Below, one piece after another: positions 1 through 13,301 of a DNA stretch of 64,000 nt. The position numbers and the translations under genes are program-made. This DNA is from Gonapodya sp. JEL0774 (lineage: Eukaryota). The stretch is from assembly GCA_027604505.1 (NCBI GenBank), contig JADIIX010000107.1, forward strand, positions 1-64,000, written 5' to 3'. The notes under the pieces are model-generated. The model was not told where the DNA came from. It was given only the letters and a program-made list of their open reading frames with translations, and did no database searches. Numbering within the stretch: position 1 is the first letter of the stretch; each line of letters begins with the position of its first letter.

Positions 1-1815
1 GGGTCCCGGTAAGTGGCGCGGGGGGGGGGGGGGCGGGGGGGGTGGCGGGGGGGGGCGTCGGGGGGGGGTGGTGGGGGGGGCGGGGGTGGGGGTTGGACGA
101 GCCGGTCGTGCGCGGTGGAAGGGGAGGGGGCGGTCGTCGCGGAAGTTGGGGTGGGGGGGTGTTGGACTGATGTCGCGGACGTGGACGTGTGTTGTGCTGA
201 TTCGGTGCCGGTGGAGGGAGCCGTGGACGTGGACGGGATCATGCGGAAAGATATTCGGGATACGGCGTGGACCAGGTCGACAAAGTGGTTGGTGAGGTCC
301 CGTGTGTCACGAAAGTGGACGTAGCGGTCCTGCCGGTGGTGAAAGTAGTCGCGGTTGAGGTTGGCCCTGTTTGTTGGGAAGGGCAGGTAGGGTGCGTGCG
401 GTGGGATGGGGTTGTGGTGGTGTGAGCGGGTCACGGCACAGTTATCCCTAGTTACCCCCAAAATATCCCACAGACACTCATACACAACCACATCCCCCCC
501 AATCCCCAACATACCCCCCCCCCCCCCACCACAACGCCGACCAACCGCCAACCGCCAACCGCCAACCGCCCGCTCGGCCAACTTACCCCGACAGGACCAC
601 ATCATCGTCAAACACGTAACACTTGACGTGCATGAGTCCAAACGCCTCGTTGAACCTCTGCGGGACGATGTACCTCCACGCGCCCGAATAGCGGGGCGTG
701 TGCCACATGGAGACGGTGCATCGGTCCGGGAACTGGTCGACGAGGGGCGCGAGGAGGGCGGCGGAAGAGTGGGGGTGGCCGCGGGTGCCGCGGAGGTGGT
801 CGATGAGGATGTGGACGGTGAGGGTTGGGACGGTGCGGAGGGAGTGGGCGAGGAGGGAGGTCTGTGGGGTGGGGTGTGTGGGTTGTGGGGTGTGGGTGGG
901 GTTTGGATGAGGTGGGATGGGGGTTAGGCGGAGTCGTGGGAGTCGTGGGGTGGATGCAACGAAATTGGAAATGAGGTTCGAAAGTGTGTCGAAAAACAGA
1001 ACCGAAACCAAAGCACAGTCACAATTGTCGCCCAAGAATAATGTGGCGGGCCCACTTTGAAGGGCTAAGACCAAAAAAATCATCCGCGTCCTCCTTGAGA
1101 GCTGTGTCTCCACATCACAATTAACGACTGAAACACTAAACCAAACCGCAGCAATGTTTCGGTGCGAGCAACGTCCCGATCCCACAAAGAAAGACAATAA
1201 CATGATTAAGAGACAACAACTGCATTCTGCCTCGACTGCAACATCGCGAACCGACAATGAAGGCCTAGAACAAAGCAACACCGAAACCCAACTTCCCCAA
1301 ACCCCCCGACCCCATTACCACCACCATCAAACAACCAAAACAACCCCCAGCGATGAGCAGAATGTGTGGACACGTGGACACCCACCAACTCTGTTTCGTC
1401 ATGACCGATGTAGAGGGAAGCGAGTACGATTCGGCGTTTGGCAGACGCGATGCCTTGCTTGAGAGAACAAGAGCGATGGTAGGAGTGAGATTTGAAGGGA
1501 AGAGGAAGAGATATATGATGAGAGTGGTGATACCTTGAGCAGGGTATAGAAGTCGGCAGGCAGGGAGAGGACAGAGATTGAGTTTGCGTTGACAGGGAAG
1601 ACGGGAGCGAGGGAGTAGAGGGGGGCGAGAAGGGCGGGAGGTGCTGTGGACGTGGGAGACAGTGTGGGGGAGGCAGTGAGCGGGGGTGCGAGGGGGGCCG
1701 ACTGGGGGAGTGACTGTGACAGGGTATGGAATGCGTGGGAGACAAGAGGCACCGACACTGGGGATGCGACTGTCACTCGACGCAGAAACTGCGCAAACCC
1801 AAGGGGATCCCGCAT
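1..1815 (-). CDS. PGS1: Mitochondrial CDP-diacylglycerol--glycerol-3-phosphate 3-phosphatidyltransferase (phosphatidylglycerophosphate synthase), multi-exon, 3' end runs off the window
   Basis: The exon chain reads ...PADFYTLLK / QGIASAKRRIVLASLYIGHDETEL / ...VHILIDHLRGTR...VSMWHTP...IVPQRFNEAFGLMHVKCYVFDDDVVLSG / ANLNRDYFHHRQDRY. This is the PLD-like HxKxxxxD motif and flanking sequence typical of Pgs1. Confidence 0.9.
541..570 (+). repeat. Short (CCAACCG)n heptamer tandem repeat in a PGS1 intron
   Basis: ccaaccg is repeated about 4 times, next to a poly-C run. Confidence 0.7.
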
Positions 1816-3139
1816 CAGATGCTTCTCCTGCTCACACCGTGACGTGGACGGAGGGAGGGACAGGGTGCACAGGGACTCACCCAGTCCCCGGCTGTGGTCC
1901 GATCACTAGTGGGTTGTGAAGGATGTGAGACTCTTCAGGATCTGCTTCCGAAACCATATAAACGATGAACTGGTCTGCAAAGTCAGGTGTAATCGAATCA
2001 ATGGGGCTGGTGACGACGGGGTGCAAAATGGGTCTCAGCATAAGTGACAAATTCAAAGTAAAAGCTTCCGATCAAGTGCATTCTTCGAGGAGACGCACCG
2101 TCACTTGCTTTTTTTCATAAAATTCGCATCATAGGCTTCAACTTTGTGATTTGGGTCACTATGGGAAAAGGTGAAGTCCGGGCACAGCCCCATTACAACT
2201 GGCGGAGGTCCCGTTCAGACACCGACAGCTCCAGCCACTGTTACCGATAGCTTGAGGATTGGGAGGGTTGAGATGAGAATAGATGTCAGGTCAGTGTGTG
2301 GCTGGCTTCTCATGTAAAGTGGCATACGGAGATCAGAATGAAGATTGGTCTAAAGAATCATCAAACTTCATGGGCATAATCTTTCACCTGTTACGTCTTC
2401 TCGCACTGAAAATGACGTGAGCTTTTACAATGTCATCAAAAAAGTCAAAAGCGAGTTATTACGTTTGCGTGACCTCACCAACGGCGAGTGAAGGTGCCAC
2501 CAGGAAAGCCCCTTTTCTTATCGCGCGATTGGCTCCTCATCTCTGAGCGCTTCTGTGTTGCTCATCTCATTTGTTGAATTCCGCCTCTCTATACGACAAC
2601 CTGTTCCAGTAAAATCATACTTGTCGAATCAAAGACCTGCAAAGAATCCAAACCGACTGCTGTTAAAAGCCACACAAGTTACAAGTACCGAGGATCAACG
2701 GAAAGGAGGATGTGTGAAGCGGATAGACCCGTTCCGTCTTGACACTGGTCTCTGTGTCATTTTATGTTGCCATAGATACACCGTCACGTCATTACTGAAT
2801 CCATGGGAGCCTGCGGGTGGACTGTTTCTGACAAAAGCACCTCGGGCGTCCTCCCAAGTCGCAAGAGCTTTTCAATCGCTTCAACGGGCGGACACGACGC
2901 CCGATGGCCCCTGTACTGTCTGTGGTATTACGATGCGATTGTGAGGAGATACGGGCGTTCGTTGTGCTCATGGTCACATTCAAGCGGCAATTGAAGGGAA
3001 TGAGACAACACCCCAACAACCCTTCAGAGTGTGGGGCAGTGGGGCAGAACTGAAATTGAGCTCTGAGTATTAGACTCTGTCAGGACGGAGTCGGGACAGA
3101 GGCCAATCATATGTCTTATGTGATGCCCTCTTCCCAATC

Positions 3140-3812
3140 ATCACGCACACTCAAATTGTGAGCCCTCTGGTACACTGTTTACAGTGGGGGACATTTCATC
3201 TCGTTCATCTCAGTTCTAGGTGTCGTGTTCGTATGGTTTCCGCGTCATCCTGGTCGTCCCTGCGGTGTCACGGCAAGGGAAAGGTGTCGCTCGGGTTACT
3301 TCAACATCAGATGAATATCAACTCGACATCAATAAATTATTTGTGACACCTTCTCAATGACGCCGGACTTGGCTCATACCACTCATCATCACACGTGCTG
3401 GGCACAATCAATATCTTCGTGTCCATGTAAACTACATCCTTCACCGCCAGTTCTGACAAGAGTTTTGTGTTCCAATTGGAATTGGAAATCATATGAATAT
3501 CTGGTTTTCGCATGCTTCACCGCATTCACGACCTAGACCGCTGAATCTTCTCGTGTAGTTAAATTTAAAAGGTTGCTGAAGTGATGGTAGTAGGGACGGC
3601 TGATGCAACTGGTGCGAGGTGGTTGCACACCGAATTTCTACGCACCTTTGAGACGTGAGAATCGACTCACCAATGGTCCCTTTCTTTACTCCGATATTTG
3701 AGAAAGTGCGGAGCTTTGGTTCGTGGAGAACGGCAAGGGACAATCAGAGTTGCTGGTCGATGAAGCGCGCACCGTCTCGCAAAACATTTCGCAAGGCTTC
3801 CACCACTTCCAT
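3140..3812 (-). pseudogene. Probable decayed multi-exon gene of unknown family
   Basis: Three exon-like segments join through phase-compatible GT-AG sites (MEVVEALRNVLRDGARFIDQQL*LSLAV...KKGTI / DIHMISNSNWNTKLLSELAVKDVVYMDTKILIVPSTCDDEW / DDQDDAETIRTRHLELR*TR*) but carry in-frame TGA stops. No motif was recognised. Confidence 0.35.
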
Positions 3813-4382
3813 TGATTTTTTTTTTGAGACATGAAAAACGGTGCCGTAGAGGCTTAAGGTGGGGTCGGTCCTGCTCGTTCGTGCCAGTCAGTCGCTTTCA
3901 CCAACACCAGCGATAAGAATGTCTACAGGCCACTTACAGCTTGTAAAGGTAACCTCCACGCCATTGATCTACCATGCGAATTGACAATAGTCACATCCCC
4001 TCTAGGACTTGCATAAAGATGAGCGGTCACCTGTTGTACATACATCGGAGTGAATGAAAACACGACGCCTGCGGCGTCGTGCCAAACCCAGCGCATTTGA
4101 GGACGAACATTGTTCATGGAGCTGGACACCTGTCGCATGCTTTTTCTCAGAATAACTTCTTGTACTGTGTTCGACTTCGACCTATCGTGAGCGTGCGGCG
4201 TGTCCTTGTCGTCGGACAGGATGCACTGTCCTTTGACAGGCTGTCAGATCTATCACCCTCCTTTTGTATTCTGCTCGGAAACATGCATTCTTTATCTTGA
4301 GCGTTTATTAGCGCTTGCAACCGTTGGCACTCTTCTGATGTGTAACAAGACCACCATGTCATCATCAAATCACAGCTCCACA

Positions 4383-7300
4383 TCACAGTTTCGACCTGTC
4401 AGACGCTGACCACTTGGTCCGCACTTCCTGCCGCACTGTTGAGACAAGGGAGGTACAACGGAAGCGTTGGTGGTGCGTCCAGTTGTCGATTTCATTGATG
4501 GGTGGCGTGGCACGGTTGGTGGACGGGACACCACAGACGGAACACCACAGGGCGTGTGTTGGTTGGTAGGGCGGGGAGTGTCGGAGAGCCACCAGAGATT
4601 GTGGAGAAACATCAGAGAGAGACCACAGAAAAATCAAAAGTGTGGTCGTGGTTCCGGTTTTGAAGGTCCTTCCTCATTTTTCCTTGGCGCTTTCCATTCG
4701 CTCCATACCCGCCCTACAGCTGACTACGCACCTTCTGCCTTCACAATCTTCCCGTTGGCGTTCCGTGGCAGGGGTTCGTCCCGCAAGTCTGCATGGACGG
4801 ATTGGATGGAAATTGATGAGAGGAATAAGTGGATTGTTTGGTTGCATCGGGATGGGATATATTTGTTTGGATTATCGTTTTGAATCGTTGGGAATTGAGA
4901 TTGTTTGGGTTGGGTCGTTTGATTCGTCGATAGATTATCAATTCTCATTGCCTCGCCCCCGTCCCCGCTCTTCTCAACTCACCGATGAATATCGGACTGA
5001 TCGCAGGAATCACCATCGAAAAGGAGCATCAGGGTCACGGGGCGTCAAGGACGTGTCACACACCACAAGGAGAGCGTTACGAGAATTGGTTTGAGTTGAG
5101 GAACATGACGCGGAGAGTGAAATAATTTTTTTTTAGTTGAAAGAGACGAGCAGAAGAGAGAAAATAGACCCGAGACAATGCATGGATGAGCATTTCTTGT
5201 TTGTTCGGTTAGGTCCCGTTCGTGATGTTCTTGCAAACTGCGGTGCCCCGTTCCGGTCAAGTTTGATTCGTAGACTCGTGAGTTCCGTCGTATCTCCCGT
5301 CCAGTTCGGCTCACTCCGTATGTAGACGCACACTTGAGTGCCCATCCTCGTGCCCCGAGTCCACAGACACGACCAAGCAACCAAATCACCACCTCTCACC
5401 GCCCCCAAACCGGATAAAAGCACTCACATCTTGAACTGCGCAAGACTGGGAACAGGACACAGAGAAGGGGACAGCGATATTAGTAAGAAGGAGAGCAGAG
5501 GGAGACGAACAGCATGCGGAGAGGGAGTAGAACAATTTAGTCGCAAACTTTGACAAACCCAAACACCACACAAACGAAAAAGGAAAAATCCCATCAACCA
5601 CAGCGACCCCTCACCCCCTCCATCCCTCCCATCCCTCCATACGTCTCACTCTCCCGCGTACCACCCACGGCCAACCCACCTCTTCCTACAATGCCGCCTC
5701 AAGTCCTCCTCGCCCACCTTCCCCACGTACTGCGGTTTGATCTGCACCGCGGCGGCGACTTCTTCACCGAGGATTCGGTGCGGGATCGACACGACGGCGG
5801 CGTCCTTTGTGGGGCGGCGGGGGGAGGGCGAGGGTGATGGAAAGGAGGGAAAGAGGAGTAAGGCCATATTGAGCCGCCGAGCAAACGAAATTTAAAAAAC
5901 GCAAGCGCGCGAGACCGAGACCGGTCGTAGTGGTCGGGTCACGATCACGGGGGACTGGGACTCTCGTCTCTTCCAGGAACATGTACATAACACGTACCAT
6001 GACCGACGGATGGCTGAACAGAGCGTCCTCGACTTCGACACTGAGAGAGGTGTGTGTGTGTTTGTGGGGAATTGTTGTTGGACGATTCACGCACACACAC
6101 ACATTCCAAGAGGTGTGGCGGAAGGAACGCGAACGAAGAGGCGATTTGACCCCGCTCAGTTCTCCTTACGGCCGCCACCGGTGGGTGGTTCAAACGGAAC
6201 ACTCACCAGTAAATGTTCTCCCCGCCGCGAATTAACATGTCCTTCGCCCTGGAGGGAGAGAGGGAGACAGTGACGGATCCCACAGGGACGCGACGAACAA
6301 AGGAGGAAAGAGATCAGAAGAGTATATAGGTCGTTCCACCCTCGCTCCTCAGAATCTTGTTGTCTGTTCCTGTTGCCTGTTTTCTTTACTCGCTTCTTTC
6401 TGTTTGGTTTGCTCACTCTCCTCGGCACACTGCCCCACCACCACATCACCCCGTCCCTCACCTGTCCTTAATGTAAATAAACCCTTCGTCGTCCATAATT
6501 CCGACGTCACCGCTCTTGAGCCACCCATCTGCGGTGATGGTGGAGGCGGTCGCTTCAGGCTGATCGCAATAGATTGGAGAAGGGAAGAGGGGAAGGACAG
6601 GGGCGTGCAGTCACAGTCCGAATTCAGACCAGAAAAAAAGAAGACACAAGAATAAAATGGTGGAAGCAAAAGGCCCCTACCTTGTTCCAGTAGGCTTTGA
6701 TGATGTTGGGACTGACGAGAAAACAACAAACGTATTGTTAGGAACCGCATCGAAACACGACAAGTTCGCACCCCTGTGATCGACATAATCTCCCACTTGG
6801 ACTCACCCCTTGATCCAAATCTCCCCAATCTGACCCCTCGCGACCTCCTTCCCCGCATCATTGACGATTTTCACTTGGTTGACGGGCACAGGGACACCGA
6901 TGGAGTCGGGTTTCCTCACGTAATCCTATTTTATGCGTTGGACACAACATATGGCACAAGAAAAAGGTTCCCACGTCGTACAACAAGGTGTCAGCCAGTG
7001 GCGACGCAGGTACCGGACACAATTCGGTGACAGCCGTACCTCTTGCGTGTTCTGACACACCGCGGAGCTCGTCTCAGTCAGACCGTACCCATTAGACGCC
7101 GAACCCAGCGGCAGACGACCCCGGACCGCTCGAACCAGCTCGGGCGCGGCCTTGAATGGAAACAATTGGTAGATGACAAGGGGGAGCGAGGCACAAGCAG
7201 TCGATGGGAGCGGAAATCCAACCAGCAATGAAATGGTGCTGAGGTTAAGGAAATGATGCAAGGTCGATGCGGAACGGACGGGGTGCACGAACCGGTGCAC

Positions 7301-9340
7301 CACCGAAGCTGAATCCCTCAAGAGACGACAGGTCGCGCTTGGCCCAATCAGGGTGCTCGACCATTTGCCACACCACTGGTTTGTGCGTGAGGAGGGAAGG
7401 CAGAGGGGAGCGAGTGGGTGAGTGGCCATCGCTTGAAATCGATAAATCCCTCGTCGGCTGTGGACATACTCGAGGGTACACCTCCCGCCGTGGTAATCTT
7501 CTCCTTCTGTGTGAGGTGCAACAAGCACGGGTAGACGGAATCAGATATACTGAAACCTGGGCGGAGAGTAGTGTTGAGCACTCGCCTCGATAAGTCTCAG
7601 TGCCTCCCCTGCATCCCACTTGTGCATGATTACCAGCTTCATACCACCAGCTGTGGTCAGCTGGAGGAATGAGTGACACCCCGTGGCATGGAACAGCTGG
7701 TGTGGCGATTTGGGCAGAAAGATAGGTGATCACACCAGGGTCGGATCTCCGTCTTCCAAACCTTCAAAGTAAGTTATTGGCCACTCACCGGTACACTCAA
7801 TAGGAATCCCTTTTGCGGTGCGTTTGGATCGGGCGCGGGAATCTCCTCGCCACGGCGGAGCGCCGCGCGCATCGGGGCGACTTGGAGACTTTAATAGAAT
7901 TTGTGAGACCGTATTGCAAGCCCAAATTCCTGCGAATGACTCACTTGAAAAGGTTCGTGACAAAGTTCCGTTGGGTACCTATCGTGCAATTAAGAGCACT
8001 TATTACGTCTCAGGAGCTCATCACCGCTTGAACTCGCCCCCGACTTACCCAGCGCTCCTTTGGGCTTCCCTGTCGTTCCGCTGGTATAAAATATTGTCGC
8101 ATCATCGTCGGCATCAATAACCACATCAGGTAATACAGTACTGCTCTGGTGTCGTCGTAGCACTTCTTCCAGAGAGTCTGCTTTGGCAAACTGAGGTAAG
8201 TGCTGTGCCCGCACTGTGATAAGGGTCGAAAGACCCGCTTTTCGGAGAGCAGGTAAGACAGGGAGGAGACGAACCAGGCGCTAGAAGTGAGGGGAAGCGA
8301 TGGAAGGAATGTTAGCTTCAACAACTCAGAGATCGAGGGAAACATGCTTCACGGTTCACCTCGTCATCAGCGATCGCAACTTTCGCGCCAGAGTCCTCGA
8401 CGCAGTAAGCCATTTCTGGTCCGGTGAGCCAGGCGTTGCTGATTTGAAGATTGTAGAATTCGTAAGTGCTGTTTGAGTCTCGGAATGTAGAACTTACACC
8501 GGGACGGCCTGTTGGAAATGTTGTTTTGTAGGGTTTAGCGAAGAGATCAGCACGGGCGGAACTGATGGGTGGAATCCACTCACCACTGCTCCAATGCAGA
8601 CTAAACACACAATGGTTCCCAAAATATTTTCAGCATTAGCATCCGTAGGTGGCACTTCGATATTCTCGATTCATCTGCGGGCTCACCGATGGCATAAAAT
8701 GCTGTAACCCATTCTGGCCAGTTTCGCATGAGCACAGCAACACGATCCCCCTTCCTGACATTATACTCGTGATATAGAGCGTTCGCAAATATCGCAACCT
8801 GTGTTTCGGTGTGTTGTAAGTAAGTACCATGGCGACAACAAGTTGGAAGAGCTGCAGGAGTTCGTACCTGCTCGTGCAGTTGATTGAAACTCAATTTCTT
8901 CTCTTCGCCCGAGATGGGATTTACGAAAACTATGTAGGGACGGTCACCGAATACCTGTGGTAGGATAACTGACCGTGCCGTCCCACTCGTTAACTCAAAG
9001 ATTCCGATTCCAAACCTTAGAGGACTCAAAAACAGCTCGAATGGATCCTATGAGGAAACTTTATGTAAGGATATACAGAAAAATGTGACCGCCGTCATCG
9101 ACTGTTAACACAAACCAGGCGCGTTCTTCCAGACTTTCATCCTCACTCCACGTACCACCGCTTCTGTGGTCTCCAATGGAGACCCTGGAGATGTGATGAG
9201 ATCATGGCATTGCTGGCCGATGGGATCATTGAAATGAGAATCACTGCACTTTGAAATACGAAATCGCAGGTACCTCCCACCTCGATCGAGACGACGGGAA
9301 ACTTCTTCCCCGAGGAGAGAATGATCGGTTGACGGCTCAT
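4383..9340 (-). CDS. AMP-dependent acyl-CoA synthetase/ligase (FadD-like), peroxisomal (C-terminal SKL), multi-exon
   Basis: Adenylate-forming motifs are present: IFYTSGTTGKPKGA, GYGLTET, VEVEDALFSHPSV / DAAVVSIPHRILGEEV, and LPRNANGKIVK. The last exon reads VRQEVRTKWSASDRSKL* with the stop at 4383-4385. Confidence 0.9.
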
Positions 9341-9902
9341 CGTTGAATCCCGATGTGTATTTTCGAGGTGATGATAAGCTATAATCTTTACAAAAGCTTC
9401 CGGTCCCCGCACCAGCGGTCATGAGGAGAAGCGCGAGTCCCACCAGAGCGCCGAGGCTCTGCGCGCACCTGCATAGAATGAATCACGCTCAAAAACAGGA
9501 TGCTCATCTGTTGTAGTAAAAGGATTGAACACGCCACCCAATATTGAGGGCAACTCTATTTTACAGGAGTTGATGTTATTATTATCCACAACGCGATGCA
9601 GTAACATACATCACAGAGTTCGTTTTCCCGAGCAACGCGCAGAGTACTCAAAAAAGTTTACCCGCGTCGGCATGCAAGAATAGTTCGCGCAGGCCGGGAT
9701 CACCTCAATCCCCGTCTGCCTGCTGTGGTTGGTGCCAAGTCCGTCGGCGCCGACTTACCCGACATCATTCTTCAAACAGCGAACGAAGTCTCAAGCATTG
9801 CCCAAAAATCCGGGTGTTTGACCGCAATTGACTCGCAGTGTCACTGTCCCCCGCGATCGTACCTGTCCACCGGCACCCCATCCCAACGTTGTGGAATTCG
9901 AG

Positions 9903-12747
9903 ATGTTGTCGATTTCAACATTGGTTGTAATAGTCGCTGGACTCTACGTAGTTTGGGAGCTGTGAGTGCCAGATACATACGGTATATCTTCTGCTAGCTC
10001 TGAAAGTTTCTTCACGCAAGGTACCGTCGTTTCGTGATCGACATCTACGACGATGATGCTGTCACGGTTCCCTTCATCCCCCTGCTCACGTATCCGGACA
10101 TCTCCAAGCTTAACAAGGTAAATAGCTTCACAACATCGTGTTCCGCATTTTCCTGACTTCACAGCATCGTGTTCCACATTCTCTTTCCGTCCACTCCCCA
10201 GAGAATCGAAACAGAACTCGGTCACATGCGCAAAAGCGGGAAAACAATTGTCCGATACGTTAATATCTTCAATCCCAGCGACAGAAGTTCGTTCTATCGA
10301 AAGCGCTCGATTTTCGTAGATTTTCGTTTCTCAAGTTCCCCTCACCCTGTGTAGCGTTAATTGTGGGGGATACAGAGCTTATGAAGGAAATGTTTGTGGG
10401 AAAAGACTGGCAAAAGTGGGATAGAGGTGAGAATCCACGATCTCTTGTGAACTTCTTTTTTTCACTTACCCACTGGATTTGAAATTCACTTCTAGATCAC
10501 GAGAAACTCACACGCGCTCGTGTATTTGGTGAGTAAGGAGTTCGCATCTTGTACTGAACCCAAGAAATTGGACACCGCCTCTTGTTATTTTGTTGAGCTG
10601 GTGGACTTATTTTGATGCACAACGACGAAAAGGTAGTGTTGCCCGATAAACATCAGCGAGCGAGAGGGCAACGTCTCACCCATTTCTCGTCTCTCCACAC
10701 GGAATCCTCCTTAGTGGAGGGCTGCAAGAGAGATCTTTGGTAGAACTTTCACCACGGTTGCTGTGAAGCAATATTGGCCGATTCTGAAGAGCAACCTCGA
10801 CGTGTTTATGGATGTTGTGTCAAAGAAAAACACATCTTCTCCAGATGGATTCAATATTCAAGAATATTTTTTCAAAGTAAGTCGGAAATATCGATCGGTC
10901 TATGATTATTTTTGCAGGCAGAAGTACTTATTTTTTGATTCCATTCACGCCGAAGTACACATTTGACGTTATCAGGTGAGCAAGCGATTGTCTCGTGATA
11001 GCCGACTCTTCCTATCTCACCTTTTTTCGCGATCGTGATCTCAGTCGTCTGGTGAGCTGGCAGAACACGGATACGCAGTGCAATCCGTCCCCATCTCACC
11101 ACTTCATGTTCTGGGCTCAAAGACTTTCGGTGAAGATATCCACACTCTCAAAGGTGGTGAAAATGAGAAGTACATACACGCATGGTGAGACTACCGATTA
11201 TCTGCTGGAGATCATACAATGAAAGTGCCAAACCCATAATCGGCCATCGGGTTCAGGGAAGAACTGTTGGACGTCAGTGGACTCGCAATTGCAATGGATA
11301 TTGCAGTAGGGCCAAAGAATGGTGCCTGGCTTAATGAAGTCCTCGGTATGAGTGCCAAGTAAGGATTTGATCTTGTGTTTCCTTCTCTTTGAAAGTCTCG
11401 GTACACTGCATGCTTCTCGGACAGGATCCAAACCGCCACTAAAACTCTTCATGAAATGGTGAAGAAAAACCAAGAACGAAGAGCTAAGGGCCTAGATTTG
11501 AATCGGTACTCCATATTTGACGATACCATGAACTCGGGCAAGCTCCCTGATTTCATGGATGATGTAGAGATGACGAAGCAACTCATGACCTTCCTCTTTG
11601 CGTAAGATGCCTTGAGTTGGACGTTTTCATTGAATGCTGTTATAATTTAAGCGACTTGCTTGCAGGGGACACGATACGACAGCCTCGCTCCTCTCTTTCC
11701 TTGCCGGGTGCCTCTCAACACGCCCCGATTATCAAGCGAAAATCCGCGCCGAAGTAAATGAAGCACTGGGTGTAGGTGGAGAGCTTAGTTTGGACAAGAT
11801 TGAAGGTCTTAAGGTGGAGATCGGATTCACAACTGCTGACCTCCTTCGAGCAATTCAAGAGTATTTAATTCCTTGTCTGCAGTACTTGAACGCAGCGATA
11901 AAAGAAACCTTGAGACTCTACCCTGCTGTGAGTATCTGCGAACCTTAAGTATTCGGAGCCTTATCTCTAAAGTAGATTGTCTTGCCAAAAGGCTCCCCGT
12001 GCGTAATACTTCACTGTACAACGGCATAGAGCATCCCGATGTTAATTTAACATTCTTTTCCCCGATTTTTATTCAACATTCTTTTTCTAAGACGGCGCCC
12101 AGCGCAAGGTCAACGAGGACTGGGATGTGACATGGACTGATGCAACCGGCAGTCAACGTCTTCTCCGCCTAAAAGCTGGTGATTTTGTACCCCTCGGAGT
12201 TTACCACGGACATCACCTGGCTTCCAATTACAAGGGACGAGGTCAGTGTGTGTCGATGATACAATGATTCTCCCACAGTTGTAACTGCTTTATTTGTGCT
12301 CCACGAAAACCTTACTTCCGCCTGTCAGATGCCGCCAGAATGGACTCATGGGACCCGGATGTGTTCTTGGCTGACACCAACGGTGGAGGGAACACCACGT
12401 TCAGCTACGTACCCTTTGGAGGTGGTCCGCGCAAGTGCCTCGGTGAGAAGTTGAGTCTGCACGAAACGAGGGCAGTTACCGCTGAACTACTCAGAAACTA
12501 TTGGGTGAGTGCATTATCGACAATGTAAACAACCTGTAATTAAAACTTGTGGGTCTCTATTGTGTCATCTGTGGGAACAGATTGCTCCTGCCGAGAAGTG
12601 GACGGTAGGTGTTCTGGTATCTTATTGTTATTTCAGTAATGAAAATCTTATGGGTATTTCTCTCGTTGTGTTCAGCTCGACATTCACCAGCCCGGAATGC
12701 TTACACCAGCTGGGGTCAAAGTTCGACTGTATCCTGTTGAAATGTAG
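9903..12747 (+). CDS. Cytochrome P450 monooxygenase (ER-anchored), multi-exon
   Basis: N-terminal anchor MLSISTLVVIVAGLYVVWEL; I-helix FLFA/GHDTTA; ExxR as KETLRL; heme-binding FGGGPRKCLG near 12415-12445; ends ...VRLYPVEM*. Confidence 0.92.
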
Positions 12748-13301
12748 AACTGAGATAACTGGGAAGAGGAATCGGGAGAATGTGCGAAGAATTATGTACA
12801 CAGGAGAGAAATTTTGATCTTTCTCGCTACATATTTCGATTGAAATATTATTGTGATGTGGCGTGCGACCAGGCAACAGTGTCATCATCAAGTCAAGGGT
12901 CGCAACCCCTCAGATCACGAACCGATTGCCCGTATCAGTCCCGTATTTTATCTCACAGCATATCTTACACAAATTGAGAAACTGTGAAAGTGGGTCCGGT
13001 AATGATATTCGTGGGTCCAAGGGACTTGGCGAAACTCCCCCGTCACATACTACTGGTATCTGTTGCTCGTAAGGGGATTCAAAGAGCAAATTGTTTTTAA
13101 TTGGAGAAGTGAGGATTTTGAAAATCAACTTGTCGGTGACCAATTGTCTACCAAAACGAGCAAGCGCACGTATTCGTTGCTTCCTCGATTGAGTCGCTTG
13201 TCCATTTTCAGTGGTTGAAGAAATTGTACATAGAGTGGTGAAGTTGTTGTTCGGCTCACGAAAAGTTCACGAAAGCCACCAACCACTTTTGTCCGTTCAC
13301 C

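Noticed and set aside
1..160. G-rich runs suggesting a G-quadruplex, a telomere-like tract or the Gly-rich ORF 13..324
   Set aside because: This is the antisense of a Pro/Thr-rich low-complexity stretch of PGS1. There is no regular telomeric unit, and homopolymer lengths here may be unreliable.
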